Notes under the pieces: model-generated
What the model was told of the DNA's origin: nothing
Databases searched by the model: none
What the model saw: the letters and a program-made list of their open reading frames with translations, nothing else
NCBI GenBank assembly: GCA_964625245.1
Contig: CAZVAN010000001.1
Span: forward strand, 1-57,741
Length of the DNA: 57,741 bases
DNA from: an uncultured Candidatus Saccharibacteria bacterium
GTDB taxonomy: Bacteria > Patescibacteriota > Saccharimonadia > Saccharimonadales > UBA10212
Reading direction: 5' to 3'
Program-made: the position numbers and the translations under genes
Part shown: one piece after another, positions 42,169 to 51,748 of the stretch
How positions within the stretch are numbered: the first letter of the stretch is position 1
Layout: each line of letters starts with the position of its first letter

Positions 42169-43749
42169 CTAATACCAGTGACCCTGGATATCCATGCACC
42201 TTACATAAGCTGAGGCTGGACTGTTTACGCTACCACTAGAGCCGTATTGGCCTAGCGATCCGCCGCCGCTGTTAAAGACATTGCACTGCGAAATAGTTAC
42301 GCCGCATGGATTATTACCCGTAATCCCAGAACTCCAGCTCATGTGCCCGCTATAATTAACATAACCGCCATGATCGTTGCAGTTTGGCGGTGGTGGCGGT
42401 GGTGGGTTAACGCTAACAACCGTAGAGGCACTGGTGTTGCCTCCCGGTCCGCTGCAATTGACTGTGTAACCGGTGTTGCCATATAAGGCTCCTGTATAGA
42501 CATTGCCAACAGACCCTCCCCAAGTGCAGGACGTGGTGTTATTACTGCTCCAGTAAAGATATGTGGCGCTGCCGTAGCCTATAGGATTTGGACTAGGATA
42601 AAAATAGTTCATTGAAGGCACGGGTAGGTTTGCAGTCGTGAACGTGTTGTCGTTGCCGCAAGCCGTTCCGTAGGTATTGGTAGCACAAAGCTGAAAGTGA
42701 TAGGTAGTGAGAGCGGCTAGACTGCCGATCGCGGCACTGACGCTTACAGTTGAACCCCCGGCACCAGCCGAGGTAACCGCGGTGGTTGAACCATAACTAG
42801 CGGTTGTTCCGTATTTAAACTGGTAGGTAGTAGCGTAGCCGTTGGGGTTAACGGTCCCGTTGAGAGTGGCCGAGTTATAAGTAATGGAAGTAGTTGAACC
42901 GGTTGTGACGGATGGTACCGGAGCGGCGCCGACCGCGACAACGGCGTTACCGTCGGCATTAGAGCCATCAAACGCGATGCAGTGTAGCGCAAAAGTTATA
43001 TTACCCGAAGTAGTAAGAGAGCTGGACGCATGGCCGCTCACGTCGGTTGTAGATGGAAAACTTCCACTCCAAAAACCAGCCGGACTCGAGGAAGCTGTGC
43101 AGTTAGTGCTCTTCACATTCAGGAGTGTCCATTTTAGACTCGTGGTATTTCCAAAGGTAACTGAGTTAGGAGCGGCCGTTAGAATGTTTGAGAAAGCCGG
43201 TGGACTTGTTGTGGTAGACGAGTCGGGAGCGGTGGCGGACCCGGGAGTGGAAACATAACTGTCATTGGTTTTATAGTAAATAACTGCCTGTTCTGGTTGG
43301 TTATCGGCTGAGGTCCAGCTAACAGTTACTTTAAAGGTTTTAGTGCCGTTTGGTACTCCAGGCGGATTTCCAGTATAGATATTAGCTACAGTGAAGGTTT
43401 TATCTCCAGAAGAACCCCAACCACCTAGGGCTATCTTGCAGCTGGCACCAGTTAAGGTAGCAGTGGTGTCGCTGGGACTTATGCAAAAAGAGCCAGGCAA
43501 GGTTTTATAGGTATTTATTAGAGCTGAACTGCTGCTGTCGGCACTCTTAATTAGCTCCAGTTGTTGCTGGGCAAAGCTTACGGCTTGGTCACGATATTGT
43601 GAATTCAGGCTGCTGTGGAAACTACGGGTGGAAGTGGCGTAGGCAATTGTAATCACTATTGTGAGTACGGCCATGCTTATCATGACCTCGACTATGGTGT
43701 CGCCGGTTTGGCGGAAAGTGCGTTTTTTAGAAAGGTTAAGGCTCCTCAT
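42169..43749 (-). CDS. Giant pilin-like adhesin (paralog 2)
   Basis: 526-aa ORF. The N-terminal ~170 aa are near-identical in pattern to 39637-41355 (FRQTG|DTIVEVMISMAVLTIVITIAYATSTRS...). It has one FN3-like module, a PPPPPPP linker and a C-terminal domain. Confidence 0.7.
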   Translation of the reverse strand: MRSLNLSKKRTFRQTGDTIVEVMISMAVLTIVITIAYATSTRSFHSSLNSQYRDQAVSFAQQQLELIKSADSSSSALINTYKTLPGSFCISPSDTTATLTGASCKIALGGWGSSGDKTFTVANIYTGNPPGVPNGTKTFKVTVSWTSADNQPEQAVIYYKTNDSYVSTPGSATAPDSSTTTSPPAFSNILTAAPNSVTFGNTTSLKWTLLNVKSTNCTASSSPAGFWSGSFPSTTDVSGHASSSLTTSGNITFALHCIAFDGSNADGNAVVAVGAAPVPSVTTGSTTSITYNSATLNGTVNPNGYATTYQFKYGTTASYGSTTAVTSAGAGGSTVSVSAAIGSLAALTTYHFQLCATNTYGTACGNDNTFTTANLPVPSMNYFYPSPNPIGYGSATYLYWSSNNTTSCTWGGSVGNVYTGALYGNTGYTVNCSGPGGNTSASTVVSVNPPPPPPPNCNDHGGYVNYSGHMSWSSGITGNNPCGVTISQCNVFNSGGGSLGQYGSSGSVNSPASAYVRCMDIQGHWY

Positions 43750-44690
43750 AATGGGCAGTTAGTCCCACTCATATCCAATCTGGTAGTTATGCCGGCCGCG
43801 GTGCCGCCGAGGCTTAGTTTGGCTTTGCGAGCGCCGTCGCTTAAACATAAGTCCAGACTAATATTATTGACGTAGGTGGTTGACGCGGGTCCGCCACAGC
43901 TTGGCGATGTTGACGATTGGATGCAACTCCGGAGGGTTGCCACATCATTAGAGGTAAATGTTTTTTGGTAGGAACTGACCGTAATATCATTGCCGGAGGT
44001 GTTGCTGTTTTGAAGACTGGAGTAAAGAGTTAATAGATCGTTCTCGCTGGCGGTGTTGCTAGCTTTAGCTGTCTTTATGGTTAGAGCGTTAATAAGGTTG
44101 TAAGTTTCAGCCAGTACAGGCGTGCCGGAACTGTCCACGGCCAAATCGGCGTTTGCCTGACCGGCGTTAGATGGAAAAATGCAGCTATTTTGGCAGGAGT
44201 CAGCACCACCGGAGTGCACAGTTCTAAGACCAAAAACCGGATACGAATAAATTGTGGTCCCACCGTTGCTGATTAGCTGTATGGCCTGCCCCAGGTATAT
44301 ACAGGGCTGATTAGTGGCCACACCGGTGACATTCTGCAAAACCGGGCCACTGCCGGTGCTGTTAACCTGGCAGGTGTATTGATCAAGGCCGGGAACGGAA
44401 GCTGAGCTAACACTATTGGCCCAGCTCTGTAGTTGTGACTGAAGGTCGTAAACCGCTTGTGAAAATTCGGTGGCCTGGCGCCTACCGTTGAAAATACCGG
44501 CTGCCGACACCAGCATTAGGGAACTTATGCCCAGGACAATCATAACTTCAACTATAGTAAATCCGGCGAGATTTAGTTTTAATTGCCTAATTCTACTAAG
44601 TACATGAAGGCTGTGGGGATATCCCCGTTTCGCCCTAAACTTGTTTTTATTTAGTTTCCGGCGAGCTAAGCCGCGCTGGACGCCCATCAT
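43746..44690 (-). CDS. Minor type IV pilin-like protein
   Basis: 314-aa ORF with LNLAG|FTIVEVMIVLGISSLML. The listed ATG gives an unusually long (~43-aa) basic leader, so the true start is uncertain. Confidence 0.68.
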   Translation of the reverse strand: MMGVQRGLARRKLNKNKFRAKRGYPHSLHVLSRIRQLKLNLAGFTIVEVMIVLGISSLMLVSAAGIFNGRRQATEFSQAVYDLQSQLQSWANSVSSASVPGLDQYTCQVNSTGSGPVLQNVTGVATNQPCIYLGQAIQLISNGGTTIYSYPVFGLRTVHSGGADSCQNSCIFPSNAGQANADLAVDSSGTPVLAETYNLINALTIKTAKASNTASENDLLTLYSSLQNSNTSGNDITVSSYQKTFTSNDVATLRSCIQSSTSPSCGGPASTTYVNNISLDLCLSDGARKAKLSLGGTAAGITTRLDMSGTNCPL

Positions 44691-44725
44691 AAACTAAATT
44701 ATAGCATAAGCCCTAAGAAGTAATA

Positions 44726-45529
44726 CTAGGGTAAGAACAGGTTCTGGTACCAACTAATTAAACTGTCCCCGAAAACTATGCAAAGATAAGTTGAGAAGAT
44801 CAGGAAAGGACCGTAGGGCAGCTTGGCGCTCAGGCTCTTCTTGCCTGTCGCTAGTAGCGGTAGTACGGCCAGACTGCCGAGAACCGAGGCCAGAAATATC
44901 ATTAACAAGCTTTTGCCGGGTGTCTGTAGCAGTGTGCCGGTTATAAGCCCTAGTCGTACATCACCGTAGCCTATCCACCGGCCACTGGAGACGGTAAAAA
45001 TAATCAAAAATATACCACTGGCCACAGCCACAGCCGCCAGCCAGCTAAGTCCGTAGTGCAGCTTGTTGGGCGCATAGCCTATCAGGTATATAAACTGGCC
45101 AACGATTGCCACAAGCAGCGTAGGATATAAAATTTTGCTGGGCAGGAGCATCCACTTCAGGTCGTATAGGGCTAAGGCAACCAAACCAACTGAGCAAATA
45201 AGCCAAGTAACGAATAAAACCAGGTTGCCTGCTAGGTCTAGCGAAGTGGGCCAAAACAGGTACGATAATACAAAGATAGCGGCCGTAGTTAGCTCCACAA
45301 GCGGCATTTCCATGGAGATTGGCTTGCCGCAGTAGCGACATTTACCCTTTAGGTAAAGCCAGCTAAATAGAGGTATCAAGTCTTTAGGCTCCAGAATATG
45401 GCCGCAGATATCACATTGGCTCCGAGCTTTAACAAAATCCATATTTTTATGGATACGCCAAGTCAGAGCACCCACGAAGCTACCAAAACATAGACCTAAA
45501 ATAAATAAATAGACAGCCAGAGAAATCAC
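44726..45529 (-). CDS. pilD: Prepilin peptidase (A24 family)
   Basis: 267-aa polytopic ORF with an N-terminal Cys pairs motif (CDIC...CRYC) and the GYGDVRLG catalytic Asp motif. Confidence 0.9.
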   Translation of the reverse strand: MISLAVYLFILGLCFGSFVGALTWRIHKNMDFVKARSQCDICGHILEPKDLIPLFSWLYLKGKCRYCGKPISMEMPLVELTTAAIFVLSYLFWPTSLDLAGNLVLFVTWLICSVGLVALALYDLKWMLLPSKILYPTLLVAIVGQFIYLIGYAPNKLHYGLSWLAAVAVASGIFLIIFTVSSGRWIGYGDVRLGLITGTLLQTPGKSLLMIFLASVLGSLAVLPLLATGKKSLSAKLPYGPFLIFSTYLCIVFGDSLISWYQNLFLP

Positions 45530-45545
45530 TAAGCCTTATGATACC

Positions 45546-45583
45546 AAAAATCCACCCAGGGTCCTCTTCTGGGATGGATTTTA
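45546..45583 (-). terminator. Intrinsic terminator after the pilin genes
   Basis: AAAAATCCA-CCCA...TGGG-A-TGGATTTT hairpin flanked by A and T tracts. Confidence 0.5.
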
Positions 45584-45596
45584 GTATTTCAGCTAT

Positions 45597-46091
45597 CTAA
45601 GCGGCTACACATTGAAGTGTAGTGGCCGATACGGGTTCTAGGTAGTAAACGACTATGATGCTTCTGAGACTACCCCCGGCAGTGACGGAAGAAGGACCAT
45701 TACAGGTAGCTTTGCTGAATACGTAGAATGTGTCGGCAGCAGGCGAAGCAGGTGCTACATAAGGCGTAGTAACCGTGTTGGCGCCACCGGTTGGCTTGGT
45801 GAAGATAGCGAAGTTTTCGTTCGTAAGGTCAGGACCGGCTGCGCCAGTCGAGTCGTTTACGTTGGTGAGAGGCGTCCCGCCACGGTTGGCTTTCCATTCT
45901 GAGTAAAGTCCAGCCAGGTGAGCCGAGTCGCTTTTACGCTGGGTGTTTCGTGAGTTACGTTGTAGTGCTGGAACGGCTAGAAAGACCACTAGCATGATGA
46001 GTCCGGCGATAGCCAGGACTATCAAGACTTCGATGATTGTGAAGCCTTGATTGTTTTGTTTATTTAACTGTTTTAGGAAGCGGCTACACAT
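45597..46091 (-). CDS. pilA: Major type IV pilin, copy 2 (distal copy of a tandem duplication)
   Basis: Mature sequence is identical to copy 1. There is no ATG or RBS at the homologous position. The only ATG (46091) lies inside the copy 1 3' end and gives leader MCSRFLKQLNKQNNQG|FTIIE. Confidence 0.6.
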   Translation of the reverse strand: MCSRFLKQLNKQNNQGFTIIEVLIVLAIAGLIMLVVFLAVPALQRNSRNTQRKSDSAHLAGLYSEWKANRGGTPLTNVNDSTGAAGPDLTNENFAIFTKPTGGANTVTTPYVAPASPAADTFYVFSKATCNGPSSVTAGGSLRSIIVVYYLEPVSATTLQCVAA

Positions 46092-46555
46092 TGAAGTGTA
46101 GTGGCCGATACTGGTTCTAGGTAGTAAACGACTATGATGCTTCTGAGACTACCCCCGGCAGTGACGGAAGAAGGACCATTACAGGTAGCTTTGCTGAATA
46201 CGTAGAATGTGTCGGCAGCAGGCGAAGCAGGTGCTACATAAGGCGTAGTAACCGTGTTGGCGCCACCGGTTGGCTTGGTGAAGATAGCGAAGTTTTCGTT
46301 CGTAAGGTCAGGACCGGCTGCGCCAGTCGAGTCGTTTACGTTGGTGAGAGGCGTCCCGCCACGGTTGGCTTTCCATTCTGAGTAAAGTCCAGCCAGGTGA
46401 GCCGAGTCGCTTTTACGCTGGGTGTTTCGTGAGTTACGTTGTAGTGCTGGAACGGCTAGAAAGACCACTAGCATGATGAGTCCGGCGATAGCCAGGACTA
46501 TCAAGACTTCGATGATTGTGAAGCCTTGATTGTTCTGTTTATTTAATTGTTTTGA
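45600..46555 (-). repeat. Tandem direct duplication, period 479 bp, two copies
   Basis: 45600-46076 and 46079-46555 align base for base with only three mismatches seen by eye (for example acgggttc vs actggttc, gttttg vs gttctg, taactg vs taattg). Confidence 0.9.
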
Positions 46556-46558
46556 CAT
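46073..46558 (-). CDS. pilA: Major type IV pilin, copy 1
   Basis: 161-aa ORF MSKQLNKQNNQG|FTIIEVLIVLAIAGLIMLVVF with Glu at +5. It has an AAAGGGGG RBS and its own promoter. Confidence 0.85.
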   Translation of the reverse strand: MSKQLNKQNNQGFTIIEVLIVLAIAGLIMLVVFLAVPALQRNSRNTQRKSDSAHLAGLYSEWKANRGGTPLTNVNDSTGAAGPDLTNENFAIFTKPTGGANTVTTPYVAPASPAADTFYVFSKATCNGPSSVTAGGSLRSIIVVYYLEPVSATTLQCVAAS

Positions 46559-46618
46559 TTCGCAAATGCCCCCTTTGCATTATTAAAGCATCTGTTATTA
46601 TTGCTGCTTATGCTTGTA

Positions 46619-46647
46619 ATCCTACTTGTTGTCGATTTAAATTGCAA
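46619..46647 (-). promoter_or_regulatory. Sigma-70-like promoter for the pilin gene(s)
   Basis: On the minus strand: TTGCAA, 17 nt, TAGGAT, ~60 nt upstream of the pilin ATG. Confidence 0.45.
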
Positions 46648-46670
46648 GCCTAATTCTGACAACATGTGGA

Positions 46671-47885
46671 TTACCCGCCTCCCAGGTTTTTGCCAGCCAA
46701 GCCATAGATAGGTAACAATACAGCGGCTACGATTATTAAGGCTATGACACCGACTACAATCATAAGCACCGGCTCGATAATAGTATTTATGGCTTTTATC
46801 TGGCTGTCCACCTCTTTTTCATAGTATTCGGCCAAGCGAACAAGCATTTTCTCTAGAGCCCCAGATTGCTCGCCAATGCTTATCATATTAGGAACTAGGT
46901 CTAGAAAATGGGGATCACTTTCAAGAGCGGAAGAAAGCGTTTTGCCGCCCTTTACCTCTTCTACGGCTTTATGAATAGAATTGGATATTAGACTGTTGCC
47001 GACGGCCTCAGCCGTGGTATTGAGCATTTTAATCATTGGTACTCCTGCCCCAACCAATGTGCTGGCGGTGCGAGCAAAACGGGCCATATATAGTTTCATA
47101 AACAGCGGCCCAATTGGCCAGATGGTCATTTTTAGCCGATCAATGAAAATTACACCACTGGAGCTTTTTATAAACCGCCGCGCAAAGAAAGCAGCTGCTC
47201 CCAGGGCAATGACCATCAACCACCAAAAGTGAGTAAAGAATTTAGAGAAATCCAGAAGTAGAGTGGTTATAAATGGCAATTGAGTTCCAGGTAATGACTT
47301 ATAGAGACTACTCACCTGGGGTAGAACAGTTGTAGTCATGAAAATAAGGATTCCAAAAAGTACAACCAGAACTATTGCCGGGTAAATCATGGCGCCTCTG
47401 ACTTTGCTTATTACCTCGGCATCCTTCTCCTGTTGAGTCGACAGACGGTCTAGCGACACATCCAACGAGCCGGAGGCCTCACCGGCTGTTACCAAACTTA
47501 TGTAAACATTGTTAAAGACAGTTGGGTATTTGGCCATGGCCGACGCTAGGCTGGAGCCAGCCTCTACGTCTGTCATAATCTTGGAAATTATTTCTTTAAG
47601 GACTTTTTGTTTGGTTTGTTTTTCGACGGTACTTAGACTTTGAAGCATTGGCAGGCCGGCATTAATTAGAGTTGAAAGCTGCCTGGAAAAAATAATTTTT
47701 TGCTTTGTTGGCACCCGACTACGAAACCCAATAGCAGATTTTTCAGATTTAAGGGTAATGTCTAGAGGAGACAACCCCCGGTCAATCAAAAGTTTGGCCG
47801 CCGATTTTTCGTTTTCAGCTTCAATTTCGGCTTTTATTTTTTGGCCGGAGGCCGGATTCAGGGCGGTATAGGCATAGGTAAGCAT
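46671..47885 (-). CDS. pilC: Type IV pilus platform protein PilC (GspF family)
   Basis: 404-aa ORF with two GspF repeats and three TM segments. It sits next to pilT and pilB. Confidence 0.9.
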   Translation of the reverse strand: MLTYAYTALNPASGQKIKAEIEAENEKSAAKLLIDRGLSPLDITLKSEKSAIGFRSRVPTKQKIIFSRQLSTLINAGLPMLQSLSTVEKQTKQKVLKEIISKIMTDVEAGSSLASAMAKYPTVFNNVYISLVTAGEASGSLDVSLDRLSTQQEKDAEVISKVRGAMIYPAIVLVVLFGILIFMTTTVLPQVSSLYKSLPGTQLPFITTLLLDFSKFFTHFWWLMVIALGAAAFFARRFIKSSSGVIFIDRLKMTIWPIGPLFMKLYMARFARTASTLVGAGVPMIKMLNTTAEAVGNSLISNSIHKAVEEVKGGKTLSSALESDPHFLDLVPNMISIGEQSGALEKMLVRLAEYYEKEVDSQIKAINTIIEPVLMIVVGVIALIIVAAVLLPIYGLAGKNLGGG

Positions 47886-47889
47886 GCGC

Positions 47890-48954
47890 CTAGCCCCTCA
47901 TCAATCTGTCTAGTTCTTCAACGTCTACCGCATAATTTCTAGCTTCGTCGTAGCTGATTTTCCCGGAATGCACCAGGCCTATCAGAGTATGATCCATGCT
48001 TTGCATGCCATGCTCAACGCCTGTTTGGATAACCGCCTCCAGTTGATAGTTTTTACCTTCGCGGATGATATTACGCACGGCTGGGGTGGCGATTAGGATT
48101 TCAGCTGCCGGTACACGACCACCGCCAAGAGCCGGAATTAGTCGCTGCGAGCAGACAGCCATCAATATATTGCCGAGTTGGGCCCGGACCTGGGGTTGCT
48201 GGTGGGGTGGAAAAACATCAATCATGCGGTCAATACTTTGGCTGGCGCTGTTGGTGTGCAGAGTGGCAAAAACCAGATGTCCGGTTTCGGCGATTGTAAT
48301 AGCCGCCGCTATGGTCTCAAGATCGCGCATTTCACCAATCAGAACTACATCCGGGTCCTGGCGCAGAGCCGAACGCAAAGCCGAACTAAAACTATAAGTA
48401 TCGTAGTGGACTTCCCGCTGTACAACCACCGAGTGTTTAGATTTATGGGTATACTCAATTGGATCTTCGATGGTAATAATATGCACGGCTTTTTCGGTAT
48501 TTATCTTATCTACCATGGCAGCTAGGGTCGAGCTTTTACCGGAACCGGTCGGCCCAGTAATAAGAACCAAGCCGCGAGGGTATTCGGCGAACTTATTCAG
48601 GATTTGTGGCAGACCAAGGTTCTCTATAGACTTGATTTCATTTGATATCAGTCGCATGGCCGCCGCTAGGTTACCCCGCTCGTGGAAAGCGTTAACCCTG
48701 AAACGACCCAGATCGCCAAAGGCAAAGCTAAAATCAAATTCCTTGTCACGCAGTAATATCTGTTTTTGGTCCTCATCAAGCAAACCGAAGACCAAACCTT
48801 CAACTGTTTGTTCGCTCAGAGCATCCTGTGCTGGTATAGGCAACAATGCGCCATCAACCCTTATAACAGGCGGTAAGCCAACCTCCAAATGAAGGTCGGA
48901 TGCCTTGCGTTTGACAACTTCTTCCAGTAAGAATTCTATTTTTGGTGGTTGCAC
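47890..48954 (-). CDS. pilT: Twitching-motility retraction ATPase PilT
   Basis: 354-aa ORF with Walker A GPTGSGKSST, Asp box, Walker B VLIGEMRD, His box ATLHTNSA and the AIRNIIREGK-type motif (AVRNIIREGK). Confidence 0.93.
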   Translation of the reverse strand: MQPPKIEFLLEEVVKRKASDLHLEVGLPPVIRVDGALLPIPAQDALSEQTVEGLVFGLLDEDQKQILLRDKEFDFSFAFGDLGRFRVNAFHERGNLAAAMRLISNEIKSIENLGLPQILNKFAEYPRGLVLITGPTGSGKSSTLAAMVDKINTEKAVHIITIEDPIEYTHKSKHSVVVQREVHYDTYSFSSALRSALRQDPDVVLIGEMRDLETIAAAITIAETGHLVFATLHTNSASQSIDRMIDVFPPHQQPQVRAQLGNILMAVCSQRLIPALGGGRVPAAEILIATPAVRNIIREGKNYQLEAVIQTGVEHGMQSMDHTLIGLVHSGKISYDEARNYAVDVEELDRLMRG

Positions 48955-48966
48955 TTTTTAACTCCC

Positions 48967-50772
48967 CTAACTATCCGCTGAAGCTACACGGTTTACTTCT
49001 AGCAGAGTGGTCTTGCCAGCCAAAGCCTTTAGGTAGCCGTCCTGGCGCATAGTCACCATCCCCTGTGCTTGGGCTTGCCTTTGGATAGCCGAGCTGGTGG
49101 CGTGTTTGATGATTAGGTCCTGTATTGGTTCTGTGATTTCAAAGACCTCGTAAAGCCCTACTCGACCCACATAGCCGGCGGGATTATCGGGTGTTTCTCT
49201 ACCCTTAAACAAAGTATAAGCGTTTTCGTTCCCAAGTGGCAAGGCAGAATAACCGAGGTCTTTGGACACCTTATCTACATCTGCACTGGTTTTGGGTAGT
49301 AGATTTCCAAGAACTTTATGAATGTCGTCGGTTTCAACATTGTTTGAAGCGTAGGTTTCTTTATCATCCACTATTTTTCTGACCAAACGCTGGCCAATTA
49401 CGGTGTGGACGGTGCTGGCAATCAAAAACGGTTCAATACCCATATCAAGCAAACGGGGCAAAATTCCAGCGGCGCTGTTGGTGTGCAGAGTGGCAAAAAC
49501 CAGATGTCCGGTTAAAGCCGCCTGAACTGCCAGGCTGGCAGTTTCTTTGTCGCGAATTTCGCCGACCATTACTACGTCTGGATCCTGGCGCAGAATTGAC
49601 CTGAGTCCAGTCGCAAAAGTTAGTCCGACGTCCGGATTTACTTGGATTTGGTTGACCCCGTCAATCTTATACTCTACGGGGTCTTCCAAGGTGACTATAT
49701 TAACTGAATCGTTTTTTATTTCCTGAATCATGGCATACATCGAGGTTGACTTACCCGAGCCAGTCGGGCCTGAAGTGAGTATCATGCCGTGCGGCAACCT
49801 AAGACTCTCACGTATGAGTCTCAGCGCCCGGCCGGTATAACCCATATCTTCTAGGTTAAAGCTGCTACCGCTCTTATCCAAAAGACGCATGACAACTTGC
49901 TCGCCCCAGACTACCGGACTTATGGCTACACGGATGTCTATAGCGTTCTCTTCGATCTTGATGGTAAACTGTCCGTCCTGTGGAATTCTATGCTCGTCAA
50001 TCTTTAAATTGGATAAAATTTTTATTCGACTCACTAGGGCTGGCTCGGCACTTTTGGGCAATTTCATAATCTCTCTGAGCACCCCGTCAACCCTAACTCT
50101 TATCTTGAGCATGTTCTCCAGAGGCTCAATATGGATGTCGCTGGAACGGGTCCTGGCGGCATAGTTCATTATGGCGCTTAAGGCTTTCGCTATCGGGGAG
50201 TCCTGAACTATAGTCTGGACTTTTTGGTTAGCATCAGCCGATTTAGCCTGCCCCGCGGTGTCACCCTTCTTGTCCGCCAACAACTCGTCAACCATTTGGG
50301 GTTTGGTGAGTATATCGGTTATGTTGCGGGTCTGGTCATACTTTTCCAGTATGTGCTTTATACCGGACTCGCTGGCGGCGTAGACTTTCAGGGGCCGGCT
50401 TATCTTATTACTTAGAAAATCTACAGCTTGAAGGTTATCAGCATCGAGCATGGCTACCACTAGTCGCTTGTCCATCTCACCAATCGGCACAGCCATGTAG
50501 TGCTCGGCGACATCCTTATCGAGCAAATCCAATATTTTGGGGTCAATGTTGGCGGTTGTAAGGTTTACATAGGGAACATTGTTAGCAATAGCTAAGGCTT
50601 TTGTTAGCTGCTCGTCACTGATATGTCCATCATTAAGTAGAACACTAAAAAAAGGCTGCTTACTACTTTTAGCCTGGTTTTTAAGCAAGTTAAGCTTGTC
50701 TTTATCTAGTAGGCCCTCTTGAAGCAGTACATCCTCTGTTTTTACCTGAATCTGAGGCGACAGGACATTCAT
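48967..50772 (-). CDS. pilB: Type IV pilus assembly ATPase PilB (GspE family)
   Basis: 601-aa ORF with an N-terminal GspE_N domain, Walker A GPTGSGKSTS, Walker B VMVGEIRD and His box ATLHTNSA. Confidence 0.93.
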   Translation of the reverse strand: MNVLSPQIQVKTEDVLLQEGLLDKDKLNLLKNQAKSSKQPFFSVLLNDGHISDEQLTKALAIANNVPYVNLTTANIDPKILDLLDKDVAEHYMAVPIGEMDKRLVVAMLDADNLQAVDFLSNKISRPLKVYAASESGIKHILEKYDQTRNITDILTKPQMVDELLADKKGDTAGQAKSADANQKVQTIVQDSPIAKALSAIMNYAARTRSSDIHIEPLENMLKIRVRVDGVLREIMKLPKSAEPALVSRIKILSNLKIDEHRIPQDGQFTIKIEENAIDIRVAISPVVWGEQVVMRLLDKSGSSFNLEDMGYTGRALRLIRESLRLPHGMILTSGPTGSGKSTSMYAMIQEIKNDSVNIVTLEDPVEYKIDGVNQIQVNPDVGLTFATGLRSILRQDPDVVMVGEIRDKETASLAVQAALTGHLVFATLHTNSAAGILPRLLDMGIEPFLIASTVHTVIGQRLVRKIVDDKETYASNNVETDDIHKVLGNLLPKTSADVDKVSKDLGYSALPLGNENAYTLFKGRETPDNPAGYVGRVGLYEVFEITEPIQDLIIKHATSSAIQRQAQAQGMVTMRQDGYLKALAGKTTLLEVNRVASADS

Positions 50773-50792
50773 GGTGCTTTAAATGTCTCCTT

Positions 50793-51059
50793 TTATTGTG
50801 GGCTGCCGTTAAATGGCGTTTGGTTTTGGGTGTTGCCGAGTTGCAGCGGTTGGGCTGGATCCAGTGCGCCCTTGTTGAAAATAGTGTTGTAGTTAGAGTC
50901 GTTTTTGATATCCGGGAAAGTCGCGGATATACTGTTGGCCGTATGTACAGTCAGGCTGTGGTTCACCGGTATCCTGAATATCAAACTAGTTAGTATGAAG
51001 GAAAGGACCGCCGTTACCCCGGCAATCATAGCTAAAGTAATTATGTCTTTTCGTTTCAT
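50793..51059 (-). CDS. Small single-pass membrane protein in the pilMNO block
   Basis: 88-aa ORF with one TM helix. Its start overlaps the pilO-like stop by 1 nt. Confidence 0.5.
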   Translation of the reverse strand: MKRKDIITLAMIAGVTAVLSFILTSLIFRIPVNHSLTVHTANSISATFPDIKNDSNYNTIFNKGALDPAQPLQLGNTQNQTPFNGSPQ

Positions 51060-51748
51060 TATTTTATCTCCTTGCCAGTTATGATGACGGTTTTAGGTGG
51101 CTGATAATAGGTTGTAAGATTGAGACTGACTGTTAGGTTTTCCGCATTACCGGTTAGAGTCAGGTGCGTAACGTCCATCGGTCTAATTGAGCGCTGAAAA
51201 TCGGCTATTAATTGGGCTACTGAGTCATATTTACCGGTGCCGCTAAGCGTCAGATCAATCTTAGAAGGCGTAGGATTGGCCGAAGGCTCTGATTTTACAG
51301 TGCTGGAATCATCAGTTCCGCCTATGCTTGGATTGCTTATACCCGCGGAGCTTAGAATTGTGGAGACGCTTGTGAGTAGCGCCGGAAAATCGTAACTGGT
51401 TGGCAAGGCATCCAGGACAATTCGGCCATTGTCGACATCTGGAGATACGGCGTTAGGGCTTGTGTCATTTGTATGATCGATAATATTTTTAGTGGAGCTA
51501 CCAATAAAGACCTCGTTGTACTGAGTGACTAGGTTGTTGGCATTTTTAATGTTAGCGTTCAGTTGGACGACCGAAGCCTGTCTTGCGTTAATAACCCGTC
51601 GCTGATATAGCGCCTGCCCCGCCAGAACTTTTGCGCTAACCAAACAAAATACTGTAGTTACAGTAGCGCCCACTATTATGCCAATAATTTTTTGTTGAGT
51701 CTTATCTATTTGCAAAGACTTGCCGCTAAGTTTGGACTTAATTTTCAC
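51059..51748 (-). CDS. pilO: PilO-like pilus assembly protein
   Basis: 229-aa ORF with one TM helix and then a coiled-coil plus periplasmic-type domain. Called mainly from its position after pilM-pilN. Confidence 0.55.
   Translation of the reverse strand: MKIKSKLSGKSLQIDKTQQKIIGIIVGATVTTVFCLVSAKVLAGQALYQRRVINARQASVVQLNANIKNANNLVTQYNEVFIGSSTKNIIDHTNDTSPNAVSPDVDNGRIVLDALPTSYDFPALLTSVSTILSSAGISNPSIGGTDDSSTVKSEPSANPTPSKIDLTLSGTGKYDSVAQLIADFQRSIRPMDVTHLTLTGNAENLTVSLNLTTYYQPPKTVIITGKEIK

Noticed and set aside
39637-43749. Diversity-generating retroelement (template/variable repeat) idea for the two paralogous adhesin genes.
   Set aside because: No reverse transcriptase ORF exists anywhere in the window. 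The differences between the paralogs are not restricted to adenine positions. They look like ordinary diverged paralogs.
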